A stretch of 26,228 nucleotides of DNA from Trichoplax sp. H2 (lineage: Eukaryota): assembly GCA_003344405.1 (NCBI GenBank), contig NOWV01000020.1:806001-832228 (forward strand). Direction: 5' to 3'. Shown in pieces: positions 12,589-23,408 of the stretch; the stretch's first letter is position 1, and each line of letters begins with the position of its first letter. Under the pieces are notes generated by a model. The model worked only from the letters and a program-made list of their open reading frames with translations, ran no database searches and had not been told where the DNA came from. A program made the position numbers and the translations under genes.

Positions 12589-15500
12589 GTAAGCATCGCT
12601 TATTAGCTTTTTTAGTTTACCTTATGTTTCTATAAAGTTCTATATTTTTGTATGTAATATAACACGATAAAAATATATTTAAATAATTAATTGAAAGAGA
12701 AAGTTGAAAAAGGCTAATAAATGTTTTATTATACTTTATTTACCACCATCAGAAAATAGCTGCTTTTCTGATGTGGGAAATTATTATCGTGGAACTTTAA
12801 ATACAGCAAATGGATTTCAATGCCAAACATGGAGCTTGGTTAGCTCCACTCCAAATACATATACGCCATCGAAATATCCTGACGCTGACCTAACTTTAAA
12901 TTATTGTCGCAATCCTACTGAATCTCGAGCAAGACCCTGGTGCTACACTAGTAATTCTGGGCAGTGGCAGTTTTGTAATATTCCTAGATGTCAAGTTCCT
13001 GTACTTGCAACTCCATCATTTCCTTTAGGAAGTAATTTTTTCTTTATTTCGTCAATAATTCATGTCTTAGCTTCCTTTAGATAAAATAGCATCATATGCT
13101 CTAAAGCTTCGATGCGCTAATATGTGATAATACTATTATCGTCATAATTTCATTTTCCAAGTTGTACTGTGTATGTGAATAAGCACTTTAATACTAGAAG
13201 GGCAAGAATTATTTGCCCTACTTTTACTCTGCTGCTACTTCACGTTTAACTAATCATTTCTATTCTAGATAAATATCCTATAGTTATGGTGGATAAAGGT
13301 GTATATTTTACCACTACCGGACGAGTTACATTATACTATAATGGACTCTGGGGTACAATTTGCAATTCTGGCATAACGCAAGATACAATCAACGTTATTT
13401 GTCGACAGACAGGATCTGGAAACACAGGAACATTTATCAGTAATAACAGCTAGAGTAGCATTAAAATATATATAGCATATCTATGTTTAACATTTATAAA
13501 TTCAGCTTCGTGTAAACACTAGCAGTTACCCATAAAGTAATAAGCTCAACATCGCTGGATGGCTAATCAGATATCCAATAAAGTCCGAGTAACATGAAAA
13601 TATTTATTCTTTTAGGAGGTAATGTGGAAGGTCAAGGGCCTATCTGGCTGCAAGGACATGATATAAAATGTCCTCCTACTGCAATTGACTTAGCACAATG
13701 CACCTTAGGTCCATGGGATGTTAATAACACCTGTACACATGCATACGATTTATACGTAAGCTGTAATCCAAGCCCAATTGTAACATATCAAACTACAGGT
13801 AATAGCACCATCTACTCCTTTGGAAAACTATGTTAAAAGTATACAGTAAAGTCGTTACGTTGCTCATTCTAGTGTGATATAATGAATAGAATATGTACGA
13901 AACTGTTTTATGATATGAGCTCCTTAATTTTATTTATTTAGCCAGTACAACTTTAATAGAGACCGTGGCACCACCACTACCAAGAAATAAGTACAAGCTA
14001 GCTATCAAAGATGGGTTTGACATCACTAGCGGATTCGTCAATGTATTATATAATAAGCGTAATGGAGTTATTTGTAGCAAAAATTGGAACATGAATGATG
14101 CTGATGTTGTTTGTCGTCAGCTTGGCTTTCTTAACGCACTATCTGCTAACGGTATTTATGCATATCTTGCATTCATATGTAATCAGATATTGTTCACATA
14201 GCATGAACGTTTTAGGATCCCAGATTTTAGAGCTAACAGTATAAATTTCTTAATACATAGAAAATTCATCTTCAAGCTATCAATATAAATATATTAAGAA
14301 AATTATTTTTCGTTAAATTTCAGCTAGTGTAACGCAATATGCAACACGCCACGAATGGATTACCGAACTAAATTGTAAAGGTTACGAATCAACCATCGAC
14401 GCCTGCCCTATTCAAGATAGCTCCGTTATCAGAAACTGCTCAACTACTGACATAGCAACTATTTCCTGTAATCAGGAGAAACAGCAATTCAGTAAGCTTA
14501 TTTTCTGTCGGTTTCCTTATAACAACTAATTATAATCACGTATGATTCTGAATAAACTAATGAAATAAAAATTTTATAGCAAGCAGAAATAGACCAACTT
14601 ACTGCATATATGATGATGGCTTTTGTGGATGGAAAATTAGCGGTAATATGAGTTGGATCTGGCATTCAGCCACCGGAAATCACTATCATCCTATAGCTGG
14701 TGGTGAGTATCTGCCAGATAAAGATAATCGCAGTCTATCAATTTCTACATAATGTTGAATAATTTACACCATATTTTAAGATATTAAAACAATACTTTTA
14801 TCGTCCATAATTATTTTTGCTAGCTATTTCATATGCATATGTCATCCGTCCATATCATCAAACATCAACGGGGAAAGCTGTTATGACTAGTCCAGTACTA
14901 ACAGCAAGATCTGGTCAAGTCGTTGAGGTTTATAAATTTATGACTCCCCTGAAATTATAAAAATCAAAAATCAAGAGCAGATTTTTTCCCCGTTTTAGAT
15001 CTCATTCCGCTATTACATTGTCAATTTGGCTGTTAGCAATCTTGAAATTCGATATAATGAAGATGGAAATACTGGTATTACTATCTTTGATAATCAAATT
15101 AATACTTCAAATAAGTGGACACAAATGAAAACTACAGGATTTACACCTAAAGGCAATCATTTTCGGGTATATGTTTATCTAATCTAATAAAACGCAAATT
15201 TGCTTTGTTGCACGTTAGCTTATGATACGAACATTCCTACATAGTAGAAAGAAGTTAATGTATTAAACTTCTTCTAGTTAAAAATTATTTATAGTGCAAG
15301 CAGAACATTTGGGCCATCGTTTGTTAGTATATTAGCCATCGATGATACAGTCATCACAGGCGTCGAAAACGACGGCTGTAAGTCTCTTTAAAATTAATAA
15401 TTAAAATATTTATATATTTTCTTGAAATACTTATGCATAATGCATGGTATGCATTTAAAGCCTTCTAACTAATGATTATATTTACAAACGATAATCTTAA

Positions 15501-16569
15501 TATATGTTCGTAGATCAATCTAATGATATTTCCATCATTGGAGCAGCTGTGGCAGGTGGATTAGCATGCATAATCTTTCTAATGGTAGCCATTTGCTACT
15601 ACAAAAAGTCTAAAACAAAAATAATCAGGGACGTTTCAGTCCCAAATGAATATGTCGCATCTACTAGCCGACAAATAAGAAATTTTCAACGAGCAAATTC
15701 TGAATTACTTATCAATAATCAACTACCTCGTACGCCTGTAAATTCGAACATATCCGATAGCAATACTGCTATTTCCCCGGTGGTAGTACGGACACCTTCA
15801 GTAACGCTATCAGGTATTTTCAATATATTTTTGATCACATTTATAGTTAAACGTGCTCGAGCAACAGATACTGCCTTATTGTTCGCTTTTATCATGTTGA
15901 GAAAGATTTACATATAATAGCTATGGTGGTGTTACTATTATTTATTTAATCAAATCTTCATTTAAACATTATTTATAGCCGAATTTACAGTATTTAAATT
16001 GCAACTATATAAAAAGTGACTATATATATATAACATAAAATGTAATTGCAACTTATCTGAAGATCAGTGGTAGACTTTAACCATGATAATAGAAGCTCTT
16101 CTAACATTTACAATTGTAGTTACATCTCCGATGTCAGATCATCAATCGAGAAGTGAAGATCGCTTTTCAGGTATAAATTAAATTAGTGAAAAAATTATTA
16201 TCAATGGTAAAGCTAACTTTTACGTACGATCTAGAGACAGTTTGCAATGATTAATTCAAATTTAGATGTTACAGTTACATCTTCCATTGAAGATGGACAA
16301 CAAAGTCGAATTGGTATTGCTCTAAGCCCTAAACGCAGAGATATAATCTGTAAGTTAAATATCGGACATGTAAATTGAAATAATTTTCGTATTAGCTATT
16401 TTCTGTTATACATAAATAGTAGTATTTGCTTTATTACTCTTTTTCTTTGCTATGCAATATAATTACAATTACTAAAACGGTAGTAATAGTGATGACTATA
16501 TCGAAATAACTTTGAAGTACAGATTATTTAAATATCAAAATTTGTTTTGTTTTAGCCTCCGTGGTATAA
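11170..16569 (+). CDS. Gene 1: multi-exon type I membrane protein, MAM-Kringle-SRCR-SRCR-MAM-TM-cytoplasmic tail (5' end unresolved)
   Basis: 17 exons with AG/GT ends and fully compatible phases: 11170-11322, 11565-11674, 11932-12102, 12513-12588, 12753-13031, 13269-13439, 13616-13798, 13942-14151, 14324-14491, 14580-14702, 14824-14927, 14999-15166, 15278-15377, 15514-15813, 16120-16170, 16275(or 16266)-16349, 16556-16569(TAA). The spliced frame has no internal stops. Confidence 0.9.
12753..13031 (+). CDS. Gene 1 kringle domain exon (phase 1-1)
   Basis: CFSDVGNYYRGT...CQTW...NYCRNP...PWCYT...WQFCNIPRC with six Cys. Acceptor catcag at 12752, donor gtaatt at 13032. Confidence 0.95.
13269..13798 (+). 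CDS. Gene 1 SRCR domain 1 (group A-like, 6 Cys, two exons)
   Basis: GRVTLYYNGLWGTIC...NVICRQTG / GQGPIWLQGHDIKC...LAQC..GPW...CTHAYDLYVSC. Confidence 0.92.
13942..14491 (+). CDS. Gene 1 SRCR domain 2 (two exons)
   Basis: SGFVNVLYNKRNGVICSKNWNMNDADVVCRQLGF / WITELNCKGYESTIDAC...NC...IATISC. Confidence 0.93.
14580..15377 (+). CDS. Gene 1 MAM domain 2 (divergent, 4 exons)
   Basis: YCIYDDGFCGW...W / SYAYV...AVMTSP / ISFRYYI...LEI...W / LAIDD. Same intron phase pattern as MAM1. Confidence 0.88.
15514..16569 (+). CDS. Gene 1 transmembrane helix and cytoplasmic tail exons
   Basis: IIGAAVAGGLACIIFLMVAICYY followed by KKSKTK (stop-transfer). S/T/P-rich tail continues over exons 16120-16170, 16275-16349 and 16556-16569, ending ...PKRRDIISSVV*. 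Confidence 0.85.
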
Positions 16570-16650
16570 AGCGTTAGGAACCTTCATTTTACACAATGCA
16601 ACAATTTTCCGGAATTAAAGTAGACATCGCCTAATCATATTGACAATTCC

Positions 16651-16741
16651 AATAAACGGAGAGAAACTTTATAGAAATAGAAGAAAGCTTTTAACAGAAA
16701 CGTAAAAAGATATCAATGACGGAAGTAAACTAGTTAATAAA
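16651..16741 (+). promoter_or_regulatory. Candidate polyadenylation signals of gene 1
   Basis: AATAAA at 16651-16656 and 16736-16741, downstream of the stop at 16569. Weak evidence in AT-rich DNA. Confidence 0.35.
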
Positions 16742-17979
16742 GAAATATCTTGTAGTATATTTATTTTTTATAAAGAAATATTATTTATAAGATAATACAC
16801 GTTTGTGGTATTTAAAAACTTTAAATACTAGCACCTTGGAGAGATTCATTAGAATTAATCGATTATATTTAATATGAATTAATTAAACATAGATATCGAT
16901 AATTTATCCGTAATTTTTATACACCATTTAAAGCTTATAAGAAAAGATATACAAGTGCACATGACTTTATAGTGTACCAGTTTAGAAAAAAAATTCGACT
17001 TATTTATGTAAATAACAGTTGATGCGTACTGGAGGTTGCTATTCTGCGTATCAACTTTTTCTGGGTTTATATCTATTGTCTATGTATACTACTATCGAGA
17101 ATTCATTTGTTGTTAAGCTAATGAAATAACCACTTTAACTCGTACGGCTTTATCAGTGGTTTTATCTTACATGTTTTGTTAAATAATTACAAGCTATACT
17201 TTTTTATGTAAAAATTACTTCGATTTCTAAATTTAAGGTTACTCATTAAGTGCAAAATATCAACATTTTACAAGTGAATAAATAATGGCAGATGTATATT
17301 CTCTCATATTTCAATCCTTTAGTATAATACAAACTTGTTTAAGTTGTCATTTCGATAATTTACTAAAATTTTACGAATATTGAAATGAAATTCTAGATGT
17401 CTGCATAGTAAGCAATGAAAGTAAAAAAATAGGTGAAGATTATCTGTTTTATATTTAATGTCGTGATATACTGAAACTTGAGCAATCCTTTTGTTGAAGC
17501 AACAGAATGCATGGAAGTCGTATAATTTTATTAACATACAAACACATACTCTGGTAATCAAAATTAATAAATTTAGAGAGCATACAGTTTTAGATAACTT
17601 ACGATTGCTAAATTTGCTAAAGGAATACTTTTAGTTTTGGTGATAGCGAAAATAATGTAGCATTTTAAAATGAATGAAATATCGAAGGTTCTACCTCCAA
17701 AAAGATGCTGTACATGGTTATATACTGGTATTCTATAGAGAATTAACAAAGTTACCTAACTAATAAACTAACTTATTACCTCATTAATAAGCAATTCTTA
17801 TATTACTATAATGACTAACACAATTTACTTTATGCTCTGATTTTTCGTATGATCATCCCAAATTTGTGAGATTGACTTAGATCTTGTTTACTAACACAAA
17901 TAGTTTATAGTTATCTTGGCATTGTACTCTAGAATATAAAATCTTCATTTACAGTTATGGTTATAGGCTATTAAATATA

Positions 17980-18420
17980 CCTTATAATAAACTTGGTAAA
18001 CTACTCTAATACCGTGCCTAATTATGTTGCAAGGATAGAATATATTATCGTAATATTCAATATACATTACTAAACGCTTTATAATGCTAAACTTTCCGGC
18101 AACAGCCATACCCAATTTGATTCCGATTTTCTAGGCCCTAATACAGTTTAGGATATCTTACAGCAGATTCCATATAAAATATATGGTCATGCTACCCAAC
18201 AGTTTCTGAATAAACTAGTACAAACTCGCGTCGCTTTGCTGATGGTTTACGATAATGTACTTATTTGTTAATAATTAACAGATAGTATTACCATCACTTT
18301 TTACCATTCGACATTATTTATATCCCGGTAATAGCCAGACACTACTATATTCACAGCTATGCTTGTAGAATACTACTTTTCAATAATGCATTCACGGATG
18401 AAATGCTATATTAAGATTAG
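17980..18420 (+). pseudogene. Decayed LRR-like coding remnant, paralogous to ~19540-20000
   Basis: DNA homology TTCAATATACATTACTAAACGCTTT...ATTCCATATAAAATATA vs 19627-19750. Translations TLLNAFIMLNFPATAIPNL vs TLLNA../LLNFQAKAMPNL; also LPNSF, LPSLF, NNAFTD. Confidence 0.35.
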
Positions 18421-18573
18421 TTAATGGTCCAAAGCACATTATGATAACTAATGTACGGTGATGGATATACCAAGTTAAGATTAGCAGGTACTGTAAGATA
18501 TCTACAGTGCGGTACAATCTCCTTCGTACTGTGGTCAATTCTATACCAATCATTATAATGTGTCTAAGGATTG

Positions 18574-19398
18574 CTTGAGTATCCAAGCAAAGCTTGCTCT
18601 GTCAATAGCAACCGTTATAAGAAAATATAATAATCAAAATGGCTGTGTAGAAAACTCTATTAAGATTCTATATCTATTCAATTTTCGTCAGAATATTACA
18701 TGAAATCAAACTTGAAAGGCCCAGTGGCCACCCTTAGCGATATAACCAATACTATTTTAAAAATCAGTACTCTGCAGAAATTACTACCTTAGAGCTATTC
18801 GTTTTACATGAAGAAATTTTGAGATAAAAAGTACTATCATCTATATAGAAGATATATAATGTTCGAAATGTCATCAGATAAGAAACCAAATAGAAATCTC
18901 GAGTAAGAACAGCTCTTATTTTAAATTATCTTGCCAGACAGTGCTTACTAGTTTAGCAATCGATCGCTTAGATTCCTTCATAAACTAAGTTGTCTTGACT
19001 TATACATCTATGATTCTATTCTAAATGTAATGCACTATATCAGTATGATTACACACATACTGCCTTACCAAAGGATCTGTTAAAGAAATAACGCCCTAGA
19101 TGCTTATACCAATATCNNNNNNNNNNNNNNNNNNNNCTTGAGTATCCAAGCAAAGCTTGCTCTGTCAATAGCAACCGTTATAAGAAAATGTAACAATCAA
19201 AATGGCTGTGTAGAAAACTCTATTAAGATTCTATATCTATTCAATTTTCGTCAGAATATTACATGAAATCAAAATTGAAAGGCCCAGTGGCCACCCTTAG
19301 CGATATAACCAATACTATTTTAAAAATCAGTACTCTGCAGAAATTACTACCTTAGAGCTATTCGTTTTACATGAAGAAATCTTGAGATAAAAAGTACT
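18574..19398 (+). repeat. 262 bp duplicated across the scaffold gap (18574-18835 = 19137-19398)
   Basis: CTTGAGTATCCAAGC...GAGATAAAAAGTACT is present on both sides of the N run with about 4 substitutions. Confidence 0.93.
19117..19136. other. Assembly gap (20 N)
   Basis: Run of n characters. Confidence 1.
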
Positions 19399-19486
19399 GT
19401 AAGAATCTTATACTGACCTATTGAAATGAACCCATAATCACAGTCATCTAACAGTAGTATAAATACCCCTGCGCTGCTCGTTTTAA

Positions 19487-19505
19487 GGGAGGGTTGGTGG
19501 GTGGG
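19487..19505 (+). other. Canonical G-quadruplex-forming motif
   Basis: GGG-A-GGG-TTGGT-GGG-T-GGG: four G3 tracts with loops of 1, 5 and 1 nt. Confidence 0.6.
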
Positions 19506-19515
19506 TAGGATCTCG

Positions 19516-19985
19516 CAATAAACTTAGTAAGCTATGCTGTAGTATATGATAATAAACACGGCTAATAATCTACAATCCAATATAGTAATCATTCACTTGC
19601 TGCGGACTTAAGATACTATGGCACTTTTCAATAAACATTACTAAACGCTTTAGATTGCTAAATTTTCAGGCAAAAGCGATGCCGAATTTGAATGGCTAGT
19701 TTCTAATGCTGTTATTGATATACAATATCAAATTCCGTATAAAATATACACAATAAACTTAGTAAGTTATGCTGTAGTATATGATAATAAACACGGCTAA
19801 TAATCTACAATCCAATACAGTAATCATTCACTTGCTGCGGACTTAAGATACTATGGCACTTTTCAATAAACATTACTAAACGCTTTAGATTGCTAAATTT
19901 TCAGGCAAAAGCGATGCCGAATTTGAATGGCTAGTTTCTAATGCTGTTATTGATATACAATATCAAATTCCGTATAAAATATACA
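19516..19985 (+). repeat. Near-perfect 235 bp direct tandem duplication
   Basis: 19516-19750 and 19751-19985 both start CAATAAACTTAGTAAG and end CCGTATAAAATATACA. Two substitutions seen. Confidence 0.95.
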
Positions 19986-21570
19986 TTCATGCCACTAAAA
20001 AAATTTTACTGCTCCTAAAAATTACTAGGCACTATAATTTATTCCGTAACATTACCTAAGTTTTTATGGTATCGCTGGTATGTAAACGCACTTATACTTT
20101 AAAATTCTTGCAGATTTAAGCCAACACATTGATTAATTATCTACCACCATTTTATAAAGCCATTAGCAACTGCCATGCTTTATGTTTAATATTTAAGTTG
20201 ATATTCAGTTGCCTCAGTTAAAAGTATGCTGTCTACTTTCAACTTTCGCCTGCCAATTTAGTTCCAATGCCTGACTTATTCTGGACTATCATACTGGCAG
20301 TCACCAAGAACTACGTTAATTTGTATTGCTTCAAAAAGCTTTATTTTGTTCTTAGACTATTGACGATGATGTTGCTTTTCTTGTAGAACAGTATCCTTGT
20401 AATGTAACTTAGTATTGTGATTGTAGACTGTTAGCCATGTTTAGTATAATGTACGGTAGATATTTATCCTAAGAGATATTTGGTAGCCATAACTATAGAC
20501 TGTAGTGGTATAGACCCTATGCTAGAGTACAGATGACTATATACAGTAAGGTGTTGAGTTACTAATAAGGTTATAGGTAAAGATAGAACTGTAAATCATA
20601 TATAAGGATACGCTTAATTTATTGTGCTTTGGCTGATGTGAATAATGTCTACGTAAATACTGTAGTCGTATCCATATCGGGTTAATGATGGTCCGCAGTA
20701 GAATTGTGTTACTAAGAATAATTTACTATGTGTAAAATAAGGTAAAAGGTTGCCATGCGGATTGTAGCTGCGAATGCTACGAAAAATATAAAAGCATGCA
20801 ACTTTAGATTATTCTGTTAGTTCGTTGTAGAATTCTTTAGTAGTAGTAGTATTCGGCTGGAGTACAGCTGTGTGTAGTTAATCTTTGTATAAGATTCAAC
20901 AAAGCCCTTATTTTTCTAAAATTTGGAATTTCGTGATCGGTATATATCACAATCCTATACCAGAATTCCGGAATTAAATTTTTCGGGCGCTAATCCAGAG
21001 TTTCATGTATTCCGCCTATCAAGGGTATACATGTCACAAAACATCTTCGTACCCATGTTCAATTAAAAAACAATTCTCGAAATTTCTAAAGTCTCTGGGA
21101 TTCATTAATAAAGAAAATATTTACAGTCATGAACATCTATTGACTAATTCTAGATGATTATACTACAGTTTGTCCATTTAGAGAATCATTTATCTATAAT
21201 CTGTCATCGGCCATAGTCAGGATTACAATCGCAAGATGCATGGCTATGTTTAATTACTGTCAATTAAAAACTAATACAGAAATTTTTAATACAATGTAGC
21301 ATATAAATTCTCCAAACGAAATATAATTACAGCAATCCCTACTATAAATAACTATTTGCAATCGTCCCAGATATAAATATTAAAATCGCTAAATTTGATC
21401 GTTTATTTCTTGGCCGCAGTTGGTATCGTAACAATACGTGATTGCGCCTTTAAAATATCAAGACAAGAACTAATATTATTGGTAAACTTTACTTTGCTAC
21501 ATAGCGTTGATACATTTAATAATACTAAGTACCATCTATCTTCAATTCTCCTCTATCTGTCATTTAAAAA
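19540..21570 (+). pseudogene. Decayed LRR(-GPCR) remnant hit by a tandem duplication and a solo LTR
   Basis: Homology to 17980-18200; LRR-like MPNL and FLKSLGFIN; hydrophobic TM1/TM2-like IVYFLAAVGIVTI...LILLVNFTLLHSVD near 21400-21510. Confidence 0.3.
20398..20951. mobile_element. Solo LTR-like element (554 bp) with perfect 5-bp TSD
   Basis: Begins TGTAATGTAAC and ends TATATCACA. Flanked by ATCCT (20393-20397 and 20952-20956). Homologous along its length to 2006-2487. Confidence 0.85.
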
Positions 21571-22507
21571 ATGACCGCAATAGGTACCGTAAATATTGTC
21601 TTAGATAGAACAGGTATTTTCACGTACTTACTATCAAAAGCGCAACTTAGACTATTTTTGCACAATGTTTCGATATTACAATTTTTGTCTTAGGTTAATT
21701 TAGTGCTGCTATACAACAGAAACTACGCCTATAAACGTAGAATTTCATCGATGTCACATATTTCATCATATTGTTTCTCAGATGTGTGCGATGAAATTTC
21801 AAGATCATTGCTAATTTCGTGAATGTACATATATGTAATAATTTAGCTTAATTTTGCTAAGATACACTAAGGTTGGTGACACTTTGAACCAAGATAGAGA
21901 TTAGGGGAACAACACCAGTTTATTTAATATGCTTTACTTTATAAATTAAAAAGCCGTTTAAGTGAGTCTTGCAATAGGTATAACATTATACTGTCTGACA
22001 CAATCCTTCCACTATCATCTACACTAATTTGGATATTACTTGCAAGTCCTACACTAAAATCTTAAATCATCTTACAATACATTACTAAATAAAGAAATAT
22101 TCTATGAAGGAGAATACTAAATATTAACCTTCATTACATATAAATGCAATATAATTCCAATTCAGAGGGCAATAGTAACTCGAGATCGAATCAAATTTAC
22201 GTAGCTTGTTAGCAGTAGTTCTTTAATCCGTTTTTAATAAGTGCATCGCCTTACTTTTAATATTTCTTAAAATATGCAAAGAAGTAACTGTAATGCTATT
22301 TGTAGATTCGCTACCGAATTTAAGTAATCTCTGAAGTAGCTAACTTCAATAAAGATATCGCCGAAGTGTCTCACGAGTTACCATAACTTAATTCATACTT
22401 AATCTATTTCAGTATCTGTTATCTACGATTAAGAATTATAAATTACTTAAAATTTAAATGTAGTATACAATATCAGTTACCGGTACCATTCTTAAACTAA
22501 GGATTTT

Positions 22508-22779
22508 CTATCATCTATATAATGTTCGAAATGTCATCAGATAAGAAACCAAATAGAAATCTCGAGTAAGAACAGCTCTTATTTTAAATTATCATGCCAG
22601 ACAGTGCTTACTAGTTTAGCAATCGATCGCTTAGATTCCTTCATAAATTAAATTGTCTTGACTTATACATCTATGATTCTATTCTAAATGTAACGCACTA
22701 TATCAGTATGATTACACACATACTGCCTTACCAAAGGATCTGTTAAAGAAATAACGCCCTAGATGCTTATACCAATATC
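22508..22779 (+). repeat. Second copy of 18834-19116
   Basis: CTATCATCTATATA...GCTTATACCAATATC is near identical in both copies. The left copy carries an extra ~11 nt and ends exactly at the gap. Confidence 0.93.
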
Positions 22780-23408
22780 TAATGAGCTAATAGCTAACCA
22801 TTCGTTAAAATTTTTTGACTGCTTCTTCATATTTAATTGCATCATCTAATTTACTATCATTACTAGATTGGTGATGAAATTAGATCTACAATGGCAAAAT
22901 ATTGATAAGATTTAACTAAATTTCTATAATTAACTCCCTTTCTATCGTTTCTATTCAAAGATTTTCTCTTAGTAAAATTAGTTAATTGGAGTAAGTTGGA
23001 CAATTTATAGCTTTGTAATATTTTCGAGTAATTGTGTAAATAGCTACCTAGCAAACACTCTTGATGGGAATTTTTTTCAACACCACCTACTTTATGATAG
23101 GTATCAATAATTATAGTGAGACTATCTATTACGGTACCTTAATTCTATTTAATTAATTATCATGACAAAAAAATTGTTATAGTTTCCATAGTACTGTGAA
23201 CGCCCGCTATTCAAGTCTAAATACAATAATTGGATAGAAATCCAAATATAGGACCAGTAACTATGAAAACGCCTTTCAATATGAAAACAAAATTATTTTA
23301 GACGGTATATTTCTTTGTAACGTGGCACGGCTAAGTTTTATTCTCTAGTACGTCGAGCTAAACCCACTCAGTTTTCTCTTTAATTCTTCCTAGCTAAACT
23401 TGATCAAT

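Noticed and set aside
12753..14491. Neurotrypsin (PRSS12) assignment from kringle+SRCR
   Set aside because: No serine protease domain. The protein has MAM domains and a TM helix instead.
2006..20951. The two homologous LTRs as ends of one 19 kb full-length retroelement
   Set aside because: Each has its own different TSD, they are clearly diverged, and no gag/pol lies between them.
17319..23054. Short minus-strand ORFs 17319-17561, 18392-18586, 22863-23054 (and 5909-6094)
   Set aside because: No motifs or splice support. Composition is typical of chance ORFs in AT-rich DNA.
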